From an uncultured delta proteobacterium (GTDB lineage Bacteria > Desulfobacterota > Desulfomonilia > UBA1062): a DNA stretch of 64,000 nucleotides. The position numbers were made by a program, and so were the translations under genes. The notes beneath the pieces were generated by a model. It saw nothing but the letters and a program-made list of their open reading frames with translations. It did not search any database and was not told the DNA's origin. The DNA is taken from the NCBI GenBank assembly GCA_963785235.1, contig CAWAUM010000005.1:320001-384000 (forward strand), written 5' to 3'. This document shows, piece by piece, positions 52,199 to 64,000 of this stretch; position 1 is the first letter of the stretch, and every line of letters starts with the position of its first letter.

Positions 52199-54538
52199 AT
52201 GCCATCAGACAGAAAAGAATGGAATGGATTGTATTGGGAGAGAGGTCTCAAAATGCTCAGCGATATCGGCAGATCAAACCCTCTTGTTATCGTATTCGTC
52301 TCGCTCTGTAGCGGAATTCTCTTTTGGCTGCATGACTTCCCTGCGCTGATTTTAAGTGTAATTATCCTTTCCAGTCTCATCTCAAGGTCAAGGATCATAC
52401 ATACTGTCATAGGGATAATACTAGGTGTTGTATCAATATGGCTTGCCCCTTCATGGGTGGATCTTGACGAAGGCCTGCATACCATTGACGGGGTTGTGTC
52501 CTCATCCGAGTTTGGGGAAGGCACGTACAGGATGATTCTGAAAAATGTCATAGTGGATGGAAGAAAAGTGAGTGGGCATGCCCAGTTGAGTGTCTACCGG
52601 GAAGTAGTTGATCTAGCCTCTGGTTCAGTTGTGAGAGCTGTCGCACGGTTCAAGGCTCGCATGGGATTCGGCAATCAAGATGAGTTTGACTATAAACGAT
52701 TTCTCCTGTCCAAAGGCATTGTGATGAAGGGTATTGTAATAAGCCCTTATGACCTTACCATAAAGCGATATCTCAATCCATACGGTCTTAAACACAAAGT
52801 AAACACGTCATTATCAAAGCTTGCGAGTCCTGAGGCCGAGGTATTGAAAGCCATGCTTACCGGAGATACATCCGGCATAACAGATTCCATACAGGACAGC
52901 TTCAATTCTCTTGGCATCTCCCACCTTATCGCCATTTCCGGGCTCAATATGGCCATCATCATGATTATTGGTTACACAATTATCTTCAGCCTCTTGAGGA
53001 TTATTCCCCCTGTGGCTCTGCGGCTAGATGCCCCTCTTATAGCACAGGTCGGAGCCGTTATGGCTGTTGTCATCTATACCCTGTTCGTAGGACCTAATAT
53101 CCCGACATTACGGGCTGCGATCATGGCCTGTTGTGTAATTTTAAGTTTCTTCCTGCACCGGAAACCTCAAGTCCTTGAAAGCCTAGCATTTGCCGGTATC
53201 ATCATCCTTATTTTCTGGCCTTATTCTCTCTATTCAGCCAGTTTCTTACTCACGTTTGCAGCGGTCCTGGGGATTATCGGAACAATCCAAAAGGGTGCAG
53301 CGTTGCCGCAATGGTCAACTCTCATTACCATACCTATCATTGTTGCCGTATTCACCATGCCCATCATCATCTACCTTTTCGGGTTCATCTCCTGGACAGG
53401 TATCATTGTAAACATTCTCATAGTACCCTTCTTCAGTATCGCAATTATGCCCCTCGGGATAGCGGGACTCTTCGTTTTTCCTTTTTCGAGTCCATGTGCT
53501 TCCTATTTGTTCTCGCTTGCCAACCATGCCATTGGTATTTTGATTATGATGAGCCATAGCTTAGGCACCTTGATCGCTATTCCGAGACCTCCGATCTATT
53601 GGGTTTATTCCTGTTATGGAGGTCTTATCATTGCTTTTTTTGCTGCAAAATCCTCCCTACGAACCTTATTGCTGATAGCATTTTGCCTTGCAATTGTGTT
53701 CATACCAATAATTCAACACCGCATTGACATAGAAAGATCCCTTTGTTTTGATTTCATCAGCGTAGGCCAGGGTGATAGTATTCTTGTAACCAAAGGGCCC
53801 CATGCAGCGCTCATAGATGCCGGCCCGGCACAAACAGGGTTTGACATGGGAAGGCACGTTGTAACCCCGCACCTGCTTCGAAGGGGTATTGCCGCACTGG
53901 ATCTGGTAATCATCACCCATATGCACCCTGACCACTCAGGCGGTATTCCGTATATGCTTGAGAGATTCCCCATTAAAGAGGTATGGACAAATGCTTCTCA
54001 GATTGACAATCCCAATTTTCAGGAAATTTTGCGTATAACGAATGAAAAATCCATTCCCATGAAAAGTGTCTGTCTTGGAGATAACCTCCATCTGGGAAGC
54101 CTGGCTATTGATGTCCTGAATCCTCTGACACGGCTTGATACCCCAAAGGGGAAACTGGATATGAACATGCAATCTGTTGTGGTACTGGCAAGCGATGGAA
54201 ACATGAAGGGACTCTTCATGGGTGATGCGGACATGTTCGGCGAACTGATTGTTTCGCATCTGCAAATGGACATTAATGCCGACGTGCTCAAGGTTTCCCA
54301 CCATGGCGGAGAGAGGTCATGCCTTGATCCGTTTCTGGATAAAGTCAAGCCTAAAATTGCTGTTATCTCCTGCGGCCTGAATAATGTATATGGTGATCCA
54401 TCCCCTGAATCCATAAAACGGCTTGAAAAACGGAGGATAAAAACGTACAGGACAGACCAGCAGGGAGAGATAATGATTACATCTTTGTCACAGGGATTCA
54501 ATGTTAAGTCAGGCCATCCACTTGCCGATAATCAATAG
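52199..54538 (+). CDS. comEC: DNA uptake channel ComEC/Rec2 (true start possibly 52253)
   Basis: OB-like region with DYKRFL, GISHLIAISGL, multiple TMs, MBL domain VGQGDS, THMHPDH, KVSHHG, RTDQQG. Confidence 0.93.
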   Translation: MPSDRKEWNGLYWERGLKMLSDIGRSNPLVIVFVSLCSGILFWLHDFPALILSVIILSSLISRSRIIHTVIGIILGVVSIWLAPSWVDLDEGLHTIDGVVSSSEFGEGTYRMILKNVIVDGRKVSGHAQLSVYREVVDLASGSVVRAVARFKARMGFGNQDEFDYKRFLLSKGIVMKGIVISPYDLTIKRYLNPYGLKHKVNTSLSKLASPEAEVLKAMLTGDTSGITDSIQDSFNSLGISHLIAISGLNMAIIMIIGYTIIFSLLRIIPPVALRLDAPLIAQVGAVMAVVIYTLFVGPNIPTLRAAIMACCVILSFFLHRKPQVLESLAFAGIIILIFWPYSLYSASFLLTFAAVLGIIGTIQKGAALPQWSTLITIPIIVAVFTMPIIIYLFGFISWTGIIVNILIVPFFSIAIMPLGIAGLFVFPFSSPCASYLFSLANHAIGILIMMSHSLGTLIAIPRPPIYWVYSCYGGLIIAFFAAKSSLRTLLLIAFCLAIVFIPIIQHRIDIERSLCFDFISVGQGDSILVTKGPHAALIDAGPAQTGFDMGRHVVTPHLLRRGIAALDLVIITHMHPDHSGGIPYMLERFPIKEVWTNASQIDNPNFQEILRITNEKSIPMKSVCLGDNLHLGSLAIDVLNPLTRLDTPKGKLDMNMQSVVVLASDGNMKGLFMGDADMFGELIVSHLQMDINADVLKVSHHGGERSCLDPFLDKVKPKIAVISCGLNNVYGDPSPESIKRLEKRRIKTYRTDQQGEIMITSLSQGFNVKSGHPLADNQ

Positions 54539-54559
54539 GAAGGACTAGGGGGGCTTGGA

Positions 54560-55057
54560 TTGTACAAAAAATGTTGTCAGAATAAGCCATCAAACAACAA
54601 AGCAGGGTTCACCCTTCTTGAGCTGATGGTAGTGATAGTAATCATCGGTATCGCTGTTGCCGTAGCCATACCCAGCATGAGCGGCTGGTTTGGCAAGAAA
54701 GATCTTGATTCCATATCACGGCAAATCTTCACCGATTTCCAACGAGCGAAGAACGAGGCTATAACCACTGGTAGAACGATACAGATCCAGGTTCATATGG
54801 ATCCAGACTGGTACAGAGTATTATATACGAGCAGTGGTGCTGATATTGACATTGTTTCACAGACGAATATGCCGCAGGGCATTACTATCGATAGCACTAC
54901 TTTCCCCCTAAGTGCGATAGGTAATACAACAGGTATAACACCGAGGGGTTTCGCAACTCAACAAGGCACTGTAACTATACGCAGCGATAATGCCCCTACA
55001 GCCAACAGAGATAGGACTATAACCCTTACACGCGGTGGTGTGGTGAGTATTGAATAA
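54560..55057 (+). CDS. FimT/FimU (GspH-like) minor pilin
   Basis: Prepilin site AG|FTLLELMV; AKNEAI helix. Confidence 0.85.
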   Translation: MYKKCCQNKPSNNKAGFTLLELMVVIVIIGIAVAVAIPSMSGWFGKKDLDSISRQIFTDFQRAKNEAITTGRTIQIQVHMDPDWYRVLYTSSGADIDIVSQTNMPQGITIDSTTFPLSAIGNTTGITPRGFATQQGTVTIRSDNAPTANRDRTITLTRGGVVSIE

Positions 55058-55680
55058 TGATGAAAACTCTCCTGTTATCAGACAATAAAGGCCTTACGCT
55101 CGTAGAGCTCATGGTCGTTATGGTCCTGTCGCTTCTGCTCATGGCGGCAGTGTATATGACCTACCAGCTTCAGCACGCATCAGGTCAGTCCCAGACACAG
55201 GTGACAGCCACTCAGCAGGACTTAAGGGCTGCAATGGATATTATATCCCATGATATCATGCATGCCGGATTAAACCCGACCTTCGCTACTATTCAGGGCA
55301 TACCTGCCAACACAAGTGGGGCAGCATTGCTTGAGAGTGTGATGGATCTGAACAGTAATGGTGCGACAAATGGTATTGCAAATGCCGGTGAACATATCCG
55401 TTACCAAATTAATGCAAATAGACAACTAGAGCGTGTTGACATCAATGCCGGTGTCACCCAGGTCATTGCAAATAATGTAACCCAGCTTGCATTTTCCTAC
55501 TTTGGAACACAATATACGGTCATCAATCCAACAGGCCCAGGGGGTACACTCAACAACAATGAAGCGAACTCAGTGAGATATGTCAATTTGACCATCACAA
55601 AGGAAAGTGATCAAATTGACTCGCAGACAGGCCTCCCCATTACCAGAGCCCTTCAGAGAACTATTTGCAGGCGAAATTAG
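55057..55680 (+). CDS. pilW: PilW-like minor pilin
   Basis: KG|LTLVELMV, QQDLRAAMDIISHDIMHAG, ends RRN. Confidence 0.78.
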   Translation: MMKTLLLSDNKGLTLVELMVVMVLSLLLMAAVYMTYQLQHASGQSQTQVTATQQDLRAAMDIISHDIMHAGLNPTFATIQGIPANTSGAALLESVMDLNSNGATNGIANAGEHIRYQINANRQLERVDINAGVTQVIANNVTQLAFSYFGTQYTVINPTGPGGTLNNNEANSVRYVNLTITKESDQIDSQTGLPITRALQRTICRRN

Positions 55681-55697
55681 CTATCGAGACGACACAT

Positions 55698-56105
55698 ATG
55701 AATAATGATAAAATTCATCCCGAACCTAAAAAATCAGGCGGTTTCAGCCTTATTGAACTCGTTGTTGCCATACTTGTGTTTTCCATCGGCATAGTAGGTA
55801 TCATGAAGATGCACCAGGCTTCAGTTCAGTCAAATGCCTACAGCATGCAGCTTACCCAGGCGTTGAACGTAGCAGACAGTGAACTCGAGTTCCTCCGGGG
55901 ACTTCCTTTTACCCACAGTTCCATGTCCATAGGTGCTCATAATCCGCCGGTACCTGTTACCTTGATGGGTGTCCCATATAACGTGTCATGGGTAGTCACA
56001 TTACAGGCAGGTAATCTTGCAAGGGACGTGAATCTCCTGGTGACATGGCAGGAAAAGGCCATAGCTCACCAGCTCAATATACCGGCATCATTGACCGAGT
56101 TCTGA
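55698..56105 (+). CDS. pilV: PilV-like minor pilin
   Basis: GG|FSLIELVVAILVFSIGIVG, LEFLRGLPF, VTWQE. Confidence 0.78.
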   Translation: MNNDKIHPEPKKSGGFSLIELVVAILVFSIGIVGIMKMHQASVQSNAYSMQLTQALNVADSELEFLRGLPFTHSSMSIGAHNPPVPVTLMGVPYNVSWVVTLQAGNLARDVNLLVTWQEKAIAHQLNIPASLTEF

Positions 56106-56133
56106 TTATGGGACAAACCAGGGAGCCATTGAT

Positions 56134-56571
56134 ATGATAAAAAATGTCTTGAAAGATGAAAAAGGCATGGTTCTCGTACTCGTGCTCATTGTCCTGGTTG
56201 CCTCGATCATTATGGGTGTCATGATCATCCGGAGTGCATCCCTGGAGTCGAGGATGGCCGGTAACGAACGCAGGTACCTCGAAAATTTTGCAGATATTGA
56301 AAGCGCCATGAACCTTGCCCTGGTTCAGAACACGGCATCACTGGCAGCAGTTTCCGATATTATAAACAGTTCCTATGTCAATACTTCCGGTTATCTGCCT
56401 TCAGGGACAAGGGTCACCATAACACTTACCAATATTAAGAAGCCACCAGTGGGGAAAGGTTTCGACCCTTCCCAACGGGCCAGGTATTATAACTTCCAGG
56501 CAACTGACAGTGAAGATGAACAGCGTGTTACTGTTGGAGCTTACAAGGTCTTCCCACCGACCACTCAATAG
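56134..56571 (+). CDS. pilX: PilX-like minor pilin
   Basis: EKG|MVLVLVL lacking Glu5, LESRMAGNER. Confidence 0.78.
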   Translation: MIKNVLKDEKGMVLVLVLIVLVASIIMGVMIIRSASLESRMAGNERRYLENFADIESAMNLALVQNTASLAAVSDIINSSYVNTSGYLPSGTRVTITLTNIKKPPVGKGFDPSQRARYYNFQATDSEDEQRVTVGAYKVFPPTTQ

Positions 56572-56605
56572 GGAGTGAGCACGATCAATAAAAAGGAGTG
56601 GTGAT

Positions 56606-59600
56606 ATGCTTAAAAGAGCCCTCACATTCGGCATCGCCTGTTTCATAGTTTCTTTCTTTGGTACTGTCCATGCTGAAGATACCGAGATCTTCGGCGGTGG
56701 TGCAATAAATATTCCGCCGAACGTTCTCATCATCTTCGACACTTCTGGAAGTATGGATGAATATGTGACCGTCCAGGGGTCCAGTGACCCGTATGACCCG
56801 AACATTGCTTATTCGGGCAGTTACAGCCGCAGGTGGCTCTATAGAACGGACGATGGTAATTGGTGGTACCAGGACATCTACATAGGGACCAATGAAGATG
56901 TGGATTCAGATGAGATCGCCTGTCAGGAAGTCAGGGATATCCTCAATACCCAGGGACACTGGCTGGGTACGATCAATACCAGAAATACGTATTCCTGCAC
57001 CGGTACTAGGATGCGCGACAGGCACTGGAGAACCGGCAATTATCGCAATTATCTCCAGAGCCAGGGTCCTCAATCCAGGAAAAAGATCAATGTGGCCAAG
57101 GATACCATCAAGAACCTTATCGATACCACCACCGGAGTGTCCGCTTCGGACTTATGGTCTTCAACTACAGTGAGGGCGGACATTTGGTGGCCCCGTGCGC
57201 TGACCGGAATACACAGGCACAGAAGGACGCTCTGAAGAGTATCATCGATGGATTCAGTGCTAGCGGATGGACCCCCCTTGCAGAGACCCTGGCTGAGGCG
57301 GGTCTATATTTTGCGCGGCAGCCCTCCTGGTTCGATACGAATGTGGATTACTCCGACCCCAGCGACTTCGGAGGTACCGAACACGCTGTCTTGTGGAGAT
57401 GCCAGAAGAACTATGTCATTGTCATGACTGACGGTGAATCAACACAGGACAGAAACTCCATCCTTACAGCAGCGAATTATATGTATAACAAATCCATTGG
57501 TGATTATGATCAGGATGTGGGTGCACTCGCTGATGGGAAACATACAAGCGAGTACTACTGGATGGACAGCGCCACCCACCAGACTGCATACTCCGATAGC
57601 GGCAGCGATTACCTTGATGACGTGGCCAAGTTCCTCAATGTCAACGACCTTCTCCCTGCGAGTGTTCACGACTCGAGTGGCGTCTCTTTCGACCACAGCG
57701 ATTTTCCTGAGCAGAACATCAAGACCTACACCATCGGATTCGATATCGACCACAAACTGCTCAGTGACACCGGTATTAACGGCCAGGGCAACTACTACAC
57801 CACGGGTGGCACTGTCAGCCTCTCAGATATTTTTGAAAGGATCATCAGCGGCATCCTTGCGGTCAATTCCCAGTTCGTATCACCGGTTGTTCCGGTGAAC
57901 AGGATTAACCGTACCTATGCCGACAACGGGTTATATCTGGGTATTTTCGCACCCGACAACAACTTCAACGGCCTCTGGAAAGGGAATATCAAGAAGTTCG
58001 GGTTCAGCAAGGATGGAGTAATCCTCGATCGGGATGGAAATCCAGCGACAAACTCGACAGGAACCATCATGGATGTTGCCAATTCCGCCTGGGTGGATAT
58101 TAGCGGAAACGAGGGAATGCAGGTGGACATAGGTGGAGTCGGACAGGTTCTCAAGACCCAGACCACGAGGTACTTCAAGACATTCAAGCCTGGTACCGGT
58201 GCAGGCACGGGAGACATCACCTTCGGCTCATCAACCATCCTGCCGTCAGACCTCGGGTTGTGCTCCTCTGCGGATGATACGCTTGCCGACAACATCAACA
58301 GGCGTAACGACCTCATGGGTTTTGTCACAGCAAGCGGCATCTATGCCCCGAATGGAACCAAGCCCCGGTCGTGGATACTGGGCGACATCATTCATTCCCA
58401 GCCGGCTATCCTCTACGACCGGCCAAACAACAGGAACGTGCTCTTCGTAGGTGCCAATGACGGATTCCTGCACTGCTTTGTGGACTGGGACAAGGGAATT
58501 CCCTCTGGAGCGACACAAAACGACCTATCGGATGATGAGGTGAGTGAGGCCTGGGCCTTTGTCCCTTGGGATCTCCTGCCGAATCTCCAATACCTGCCTT
58601 CATCTTCCGATCCATCCACAAACCTGATAACAGGAGACACCATTCATGATTATTTTGTGGATGGCTCTCCGGAGGTGTACAAGATAGACACTTCCACATA
58701 CTTGGCATTCGGGCTCAGACGAGGTGGCAGAAACATAACAACGGGTACGGAGTTTCAGAACCAGTATTTCATCCTCAATATCACTAATTACAGCACACCA
58801 AGTTATGTATCGGGTATTTCAAAGAGTATCCTGGGTACGGAGATGCTCGGTCAGTCCTGGGCCCAACCCTATTTCTGCACCATAAAGACCGGTACCGGTG
58901 AGAGTGACAAGGCAAAGGTCCTCCTTTTAACAGGCGGTTACGACACTAATCAGGACAATGACGACCCAGGGGTCAGTGACAGCAAGGGGCGGGCCGTTTT
59001 TGCAGTAAATGCCTCCAGTGGATCCCTCATGACAAGCCTGAATTTCAACAACAACAACTACACTAAGATGAAGTACAGTATGGTGGATCTTAAGTCATAT
59101 GATGACAACGATGACGGCTGTGACGATGTCATTTACGCACCCTCTCTGGGAGGAGACCTCTTTGTTTTCGACGATGCAAAGACAGGTGCGGTCAACAATG
59201 GCGTCTGGTCGAACAGACTTCTCTTCCAGGCTGCGAAACAGGATGGAAGCACCAGTAAACTGAGGAAGTTCTTTTATTCGCCCGGAATCGCTCAGGAGAT
59301 CTGGGGGGACTATGTCTACATCGGAAGCGGAGATCGCGAGAACCCCCCAAGTACAACCGTGATTAACCGGTTTTATGCCATTAAAAACACATGGCCTGAG
59401 ACCTGGAATGACAACAGCCCCATCACCGACACAAACCTCACTGATGTCACGGCTGATGTCCTCCAGGGGACTGTTCCCAGCCCATCTGCAATGACGGAAG
59501 AAGAAAAATCAACGTACCGTTCAGACCTTAAACTTGTCTACCAATCCGGGATGGTATATCGATCTTGAAGGTTCCGGTGAAAAGGTCGTTTCATCCCCCC

Positions 59601-59941
59601 TCGTGTACAACAAGGTGGTCTATTTTACCACATTTGTACCGACCACCTCTGCGTTAACAGGCGAGGATAAATGCGCCGGCGGGACAGGTTCGGGAGAGGG
59701 AAGACTCTACGCCGTCGATTACCTGACCGGTGAAGCGGTATTCAACTACTTCGACGGGATCAATGAAAAGCTCACGAAGGAGGACAGGTTTGTTAGTCTC
59801 GGTAGCGGCATCCCGTCACAGCCATCACTTGTCGTCACCGAACGTGGAACATTCATAGTCGTTGGTACGGAAAAGGGGACAAGCTCATTCAATACCAACG
59901 ATAAGAGTACTATTACCCGGTTCTTCTGGCAGAAACAGTAG
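56606..59941 (+). CDS. pilY1: PilY1/PilC pilus-tip adhesin with vWA-like N-terminus; frameshifts near 57140 and 59530
   Basis: Three consecutive ORFs give a signal peptide, PPNVLIIFDTSGSM, TPLAETL, CQKNYVIVMTDG, LGDIIHS, VGANDGFLH, GQSW, DDNDDGCDD, GWYIDL, GEKVVSSP and GIPS. Confidence 0.88.
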
Positions 59942-59952
59942 CGAAAGGGGGA

Positions 59953-60399
59953 ATGAACATGATAATTGTCAATAATATTAATAAATTAATTGGGATATCC
60001 CTGATGTTTTTCATTGCCTGTATGATATCCTTTTCCTCTGCATATGCAGATACCCTTTCCCAAGCCCTGACTGCTTGGGATCCTGCAGTGATCCATGGAC
60101 GCATTATGGAAGTAGGATCTGACTATATTATCATACAGGAAAAAAAGGTTGTCATCCTTGACACAAGCATCTCGGGAAAGAAGATCAAAACCAGCATCAC
60201 TGATGGCAAGGGTAAGATGCTTGAAAAACAGGATCTGAAAAAGGGGATACTTGTATTTTCCAAAGGATCTATGTCCTTTGATGATAAAATTAAAGGAGAT
60301 GTACTCTTGGCAACAGATATCTATGTTGTCCCACGCCTGCTCAAACCAGAAGACGCTAATGAATATAAAGGAATTATGGAACCTGCAAAGCAGTGGTAG
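59953..60399 (+). CDS. Hypothetical secreted protein (possible OB-like fold) at end of pilus cluster
   Basis: Signal peptide ...SSAYA|D; beta-rich IHGRIMEVGSDYIII. Confidence 0.65.
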   Translation: MNMIIVNNINKLIGISLMFFIACMISFSSAYADTLSQALTAWDPAVIHGRIMEVGSDYIIIQEKKVVILDTSISGKKIKTSITDGKGKMLEKQDLKKGILVFSKGSMSFDDKIKGDVLLATDIYVVPRLLKPEDANEYKGIMEPAKQW

Positions 60400-60420
60400 T
60401 TTTCAATTTTAATAATGTGG

Positions 60421-60455
60421 AAAAGGCTCTGGACTTTATACCCGGAGCCTTTTTT
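60421..60455. terminator. Bidirectional intrinsic terminator
   Basis: AAAAGGCTCTGG-loop-CCGGAGCCTTTTTT between convergent genes. Confidence 0.75.
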
Positions 60456-60500
60456 ATATGCTTAAGAGATTCGTAGATTTCCTCAATTTAAAAAAAGGTT

Positions 60501-61613
60501 TTACAGATTAAGGAGGCGTATTGACGCCACATCGCCATCAACCACCATGTCCGCCTGGGTGATCTGTTTTTGTTTGAGACCGTCAAGGATGTCCTGGAGG
60601 CTGCCCTTGATCTGGAGGGTATGGCAGATGGTATGCCCCTGAATGCGGGAGACCGCAATCTTTGTGACCGTGTCCATTGAGCGCAGGGCAGTGAACAAGG
60701 ACTGGTAGGTATCATATTCCTTGACGCCTTCAATGCACAGCTCTTTTTCCCTTAAAACAGGGGTTATAACAGCAACCTTCTTGGTAATTTCTGATCTTAT
60801 CTGGTCAAGAACCGCTGTGATCAAAAGATCGTTCATGGTTTTCACATCGATTGTACCTTTGAGCGTAATGGTTGAATTGAAGATGCGCTGCCTGGTTTTG
60901 ACGTCTATTAATGAGATATCCATGCGGGAATCAAGGCTGAGCGCATCAGAGGATCTATGCGTTATTGTCCCTGTTATGACAAGTTGTGCCCCTGAGTTAG
61001 CTGCCATGGCAACTGTCCGATCAGGCCCTGCAGGCAGCGCCGCGATGTGCTGAGGTACTTCGGATACATTCTCGCCTGCATTCTTGAGCCTCAGTGCAAG
61101 CTGTGTCTCAAAGGGCGAATATCCCTTGGATTTAGCCGCAGACCACCACTCATAACGCTCAGATGCGCCCGGGCCACGGGTTGTTATGGCAAGAAGGATC
61201 AGGGGCCTCAGTCCGAGTGGCGTTGTAAAGGCTTGAGACTGGAGCCATTCTTTCAAGGGTACATCGTTAACTTTTAGATCCAGACTCAGGATAAGAATAT
61301 TCTCCTGCTGTGAACGTGACACAATCTGATATTGGATGATGTCCTGGGTTCCGCGTGAAGCAACAAATCCTTTCAGCTTCTGGGCAAGGTCAACTGCAGA
61401 GCTTGCAGGTACCTGCTTGAGGGCCAGGTCAAGATATGCCTTGTAAAAGGCATCATCATAAGCAATTTTTTCTGCTTGAGATATGTTGCTTCCGGTTATG
61501 GCGCTTATGCCTGAAACTACCAGCGATACTTCAGCACGTGCGGGGCTGAGGCTGATAAATTGCATCAGGATCAGCCAGAAAACCCCGCACGTACTGAGGC
61601 GGGAAATGCTCAT
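60501..61613 (-). CDS. Secreted protein, FlgT-N/DUF2066-like
   Basis: Signal peptide ...SPARA|E; VSGISAITGSNISQAEKIAYDDA start; RPLILLAI...WWS pattern; overlaps the hfq stop. Confidence 0.6.
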   Translation of the reverse strand: MSISRLSTCGVFWLILMQFISLSPARAEVSLVVSGISAITGSNISQAEKIAYDDAFYKAYLDLALKQVPASSAVDLAQKLKGFVASRGTQDIIQYQIVSRSQQENILILSLDLKVNDVPLKEWLQSQAFTTPLGLRPLILLAITTRGPGASERYEWWSAAKSKGYSPFETQLALRLKNAGENVSEVPQHIAALPAGPDRTVAMAANSGAQLVITGTITHRSSDALSLDSRMDISLIDVKTRQRIFNSTITLKGTIDVKTMNDLLITAVLDQIRSEITKKVAVITPVLREKELCIEGVKEYDTYQSLFTALRSMDTVTKIAVSRIQGHTICHTLQIKGSLQDILDGLKQKQITQADMVVDGDVASIRLLNL

Positions 61614-61846
61614 CCTGCGAGGAAGTCCTTCAGTTTGGAATTAATCTCAGTTGGTTCAATCCGACCCACTGCATGCTTATAAATTAGGATCGGCTTCTCG
61701 GTCTGGATTAAGATACAGAAGGGGTCGAAACTCTTCACAAAACCTTCAACCTTGGTGTTGTCTACGAGGGTAACAATGATCGGAACCCTTTCCTTGCGTG
61801 CCTGATTCAGAAACTGATCCTGCACGTTAAACACAACTTTTCCCAT
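61610..61846 (-). CDS. hfq: RNA chaperone Hfq
   Basis: NVQDQFLNQARKERVP, GFVKSFDPFCIL, LIYKHAV; AAGGAGG RBS before ATG 61846. Confidence 0.92.
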   Translation of the reverse strand: MGKVVFNVQDQFLNQARKERVPIIVTLVDNTKVEGFVKSFDPFCILIQTEKPILIYKHAVGRIEPTEINSKLKDFLAG

Positions 61847-61995
61847 TACAACCTCCTTATGGCGAGGGATCAACTGTTATTACAATCGTTTGTATGTTGT
61901 GCTTGTATTCCTAACGATTTTCCTTATTGCTATATCTATTAATCATAATATTCTATAGATCAAGTCTTTTTTATGTTAGAGCACGATTTTTATAA

Positions 61996-64000
<2,005 letters not shown>

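Overview
Gene-dense chromosomal segment from what looks like an anaerobic deltaproteobacterial (Desulfobacterota-type) organism; the taxonomy is inferred from gene content only. In order, it holds: a partial multi-PAS hybrid histidine kinase; a NifU-MBL hydrolase-metW-metX operon; a MATE transporter; mazG; a TetR-controlled YbhG/F/S/R-type ABC exporter; stress/redox genes (hemerythrin, Usp, nitroreductase, CDF, two peroxiredoxins); an M23 peptidase; an RND pair; an orphan HEPN-like protein divergent from selA; housekeeping genes (patatin, rluD, DciA-like, tRNA-Leu, ribF); a complete chemosensory operon bracketed by two STAS genes and a REC/Ser-kinase/PAS/PP2C fusion; rapZ-PTS IIA/IIB/IIC; an in-frame RimI-PyrK fusion; pyrD; comEC with a minor-pilin/pilY1 cluster; hfq; and a partial ligA. 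No integrase, transposase, prophage or CRISPR array is visible. About nine small frameshifts, some in housekeeping genes, point to uncorrected assembly indels. The best candidate for a new system is the chemosensory operon: its terminal partner-switching kinase/phosphatase ends in a chemoreceptor-type pentapeptide tail (GFVEF), and its CheA carries an MshEN-like c-di-GMP motif.
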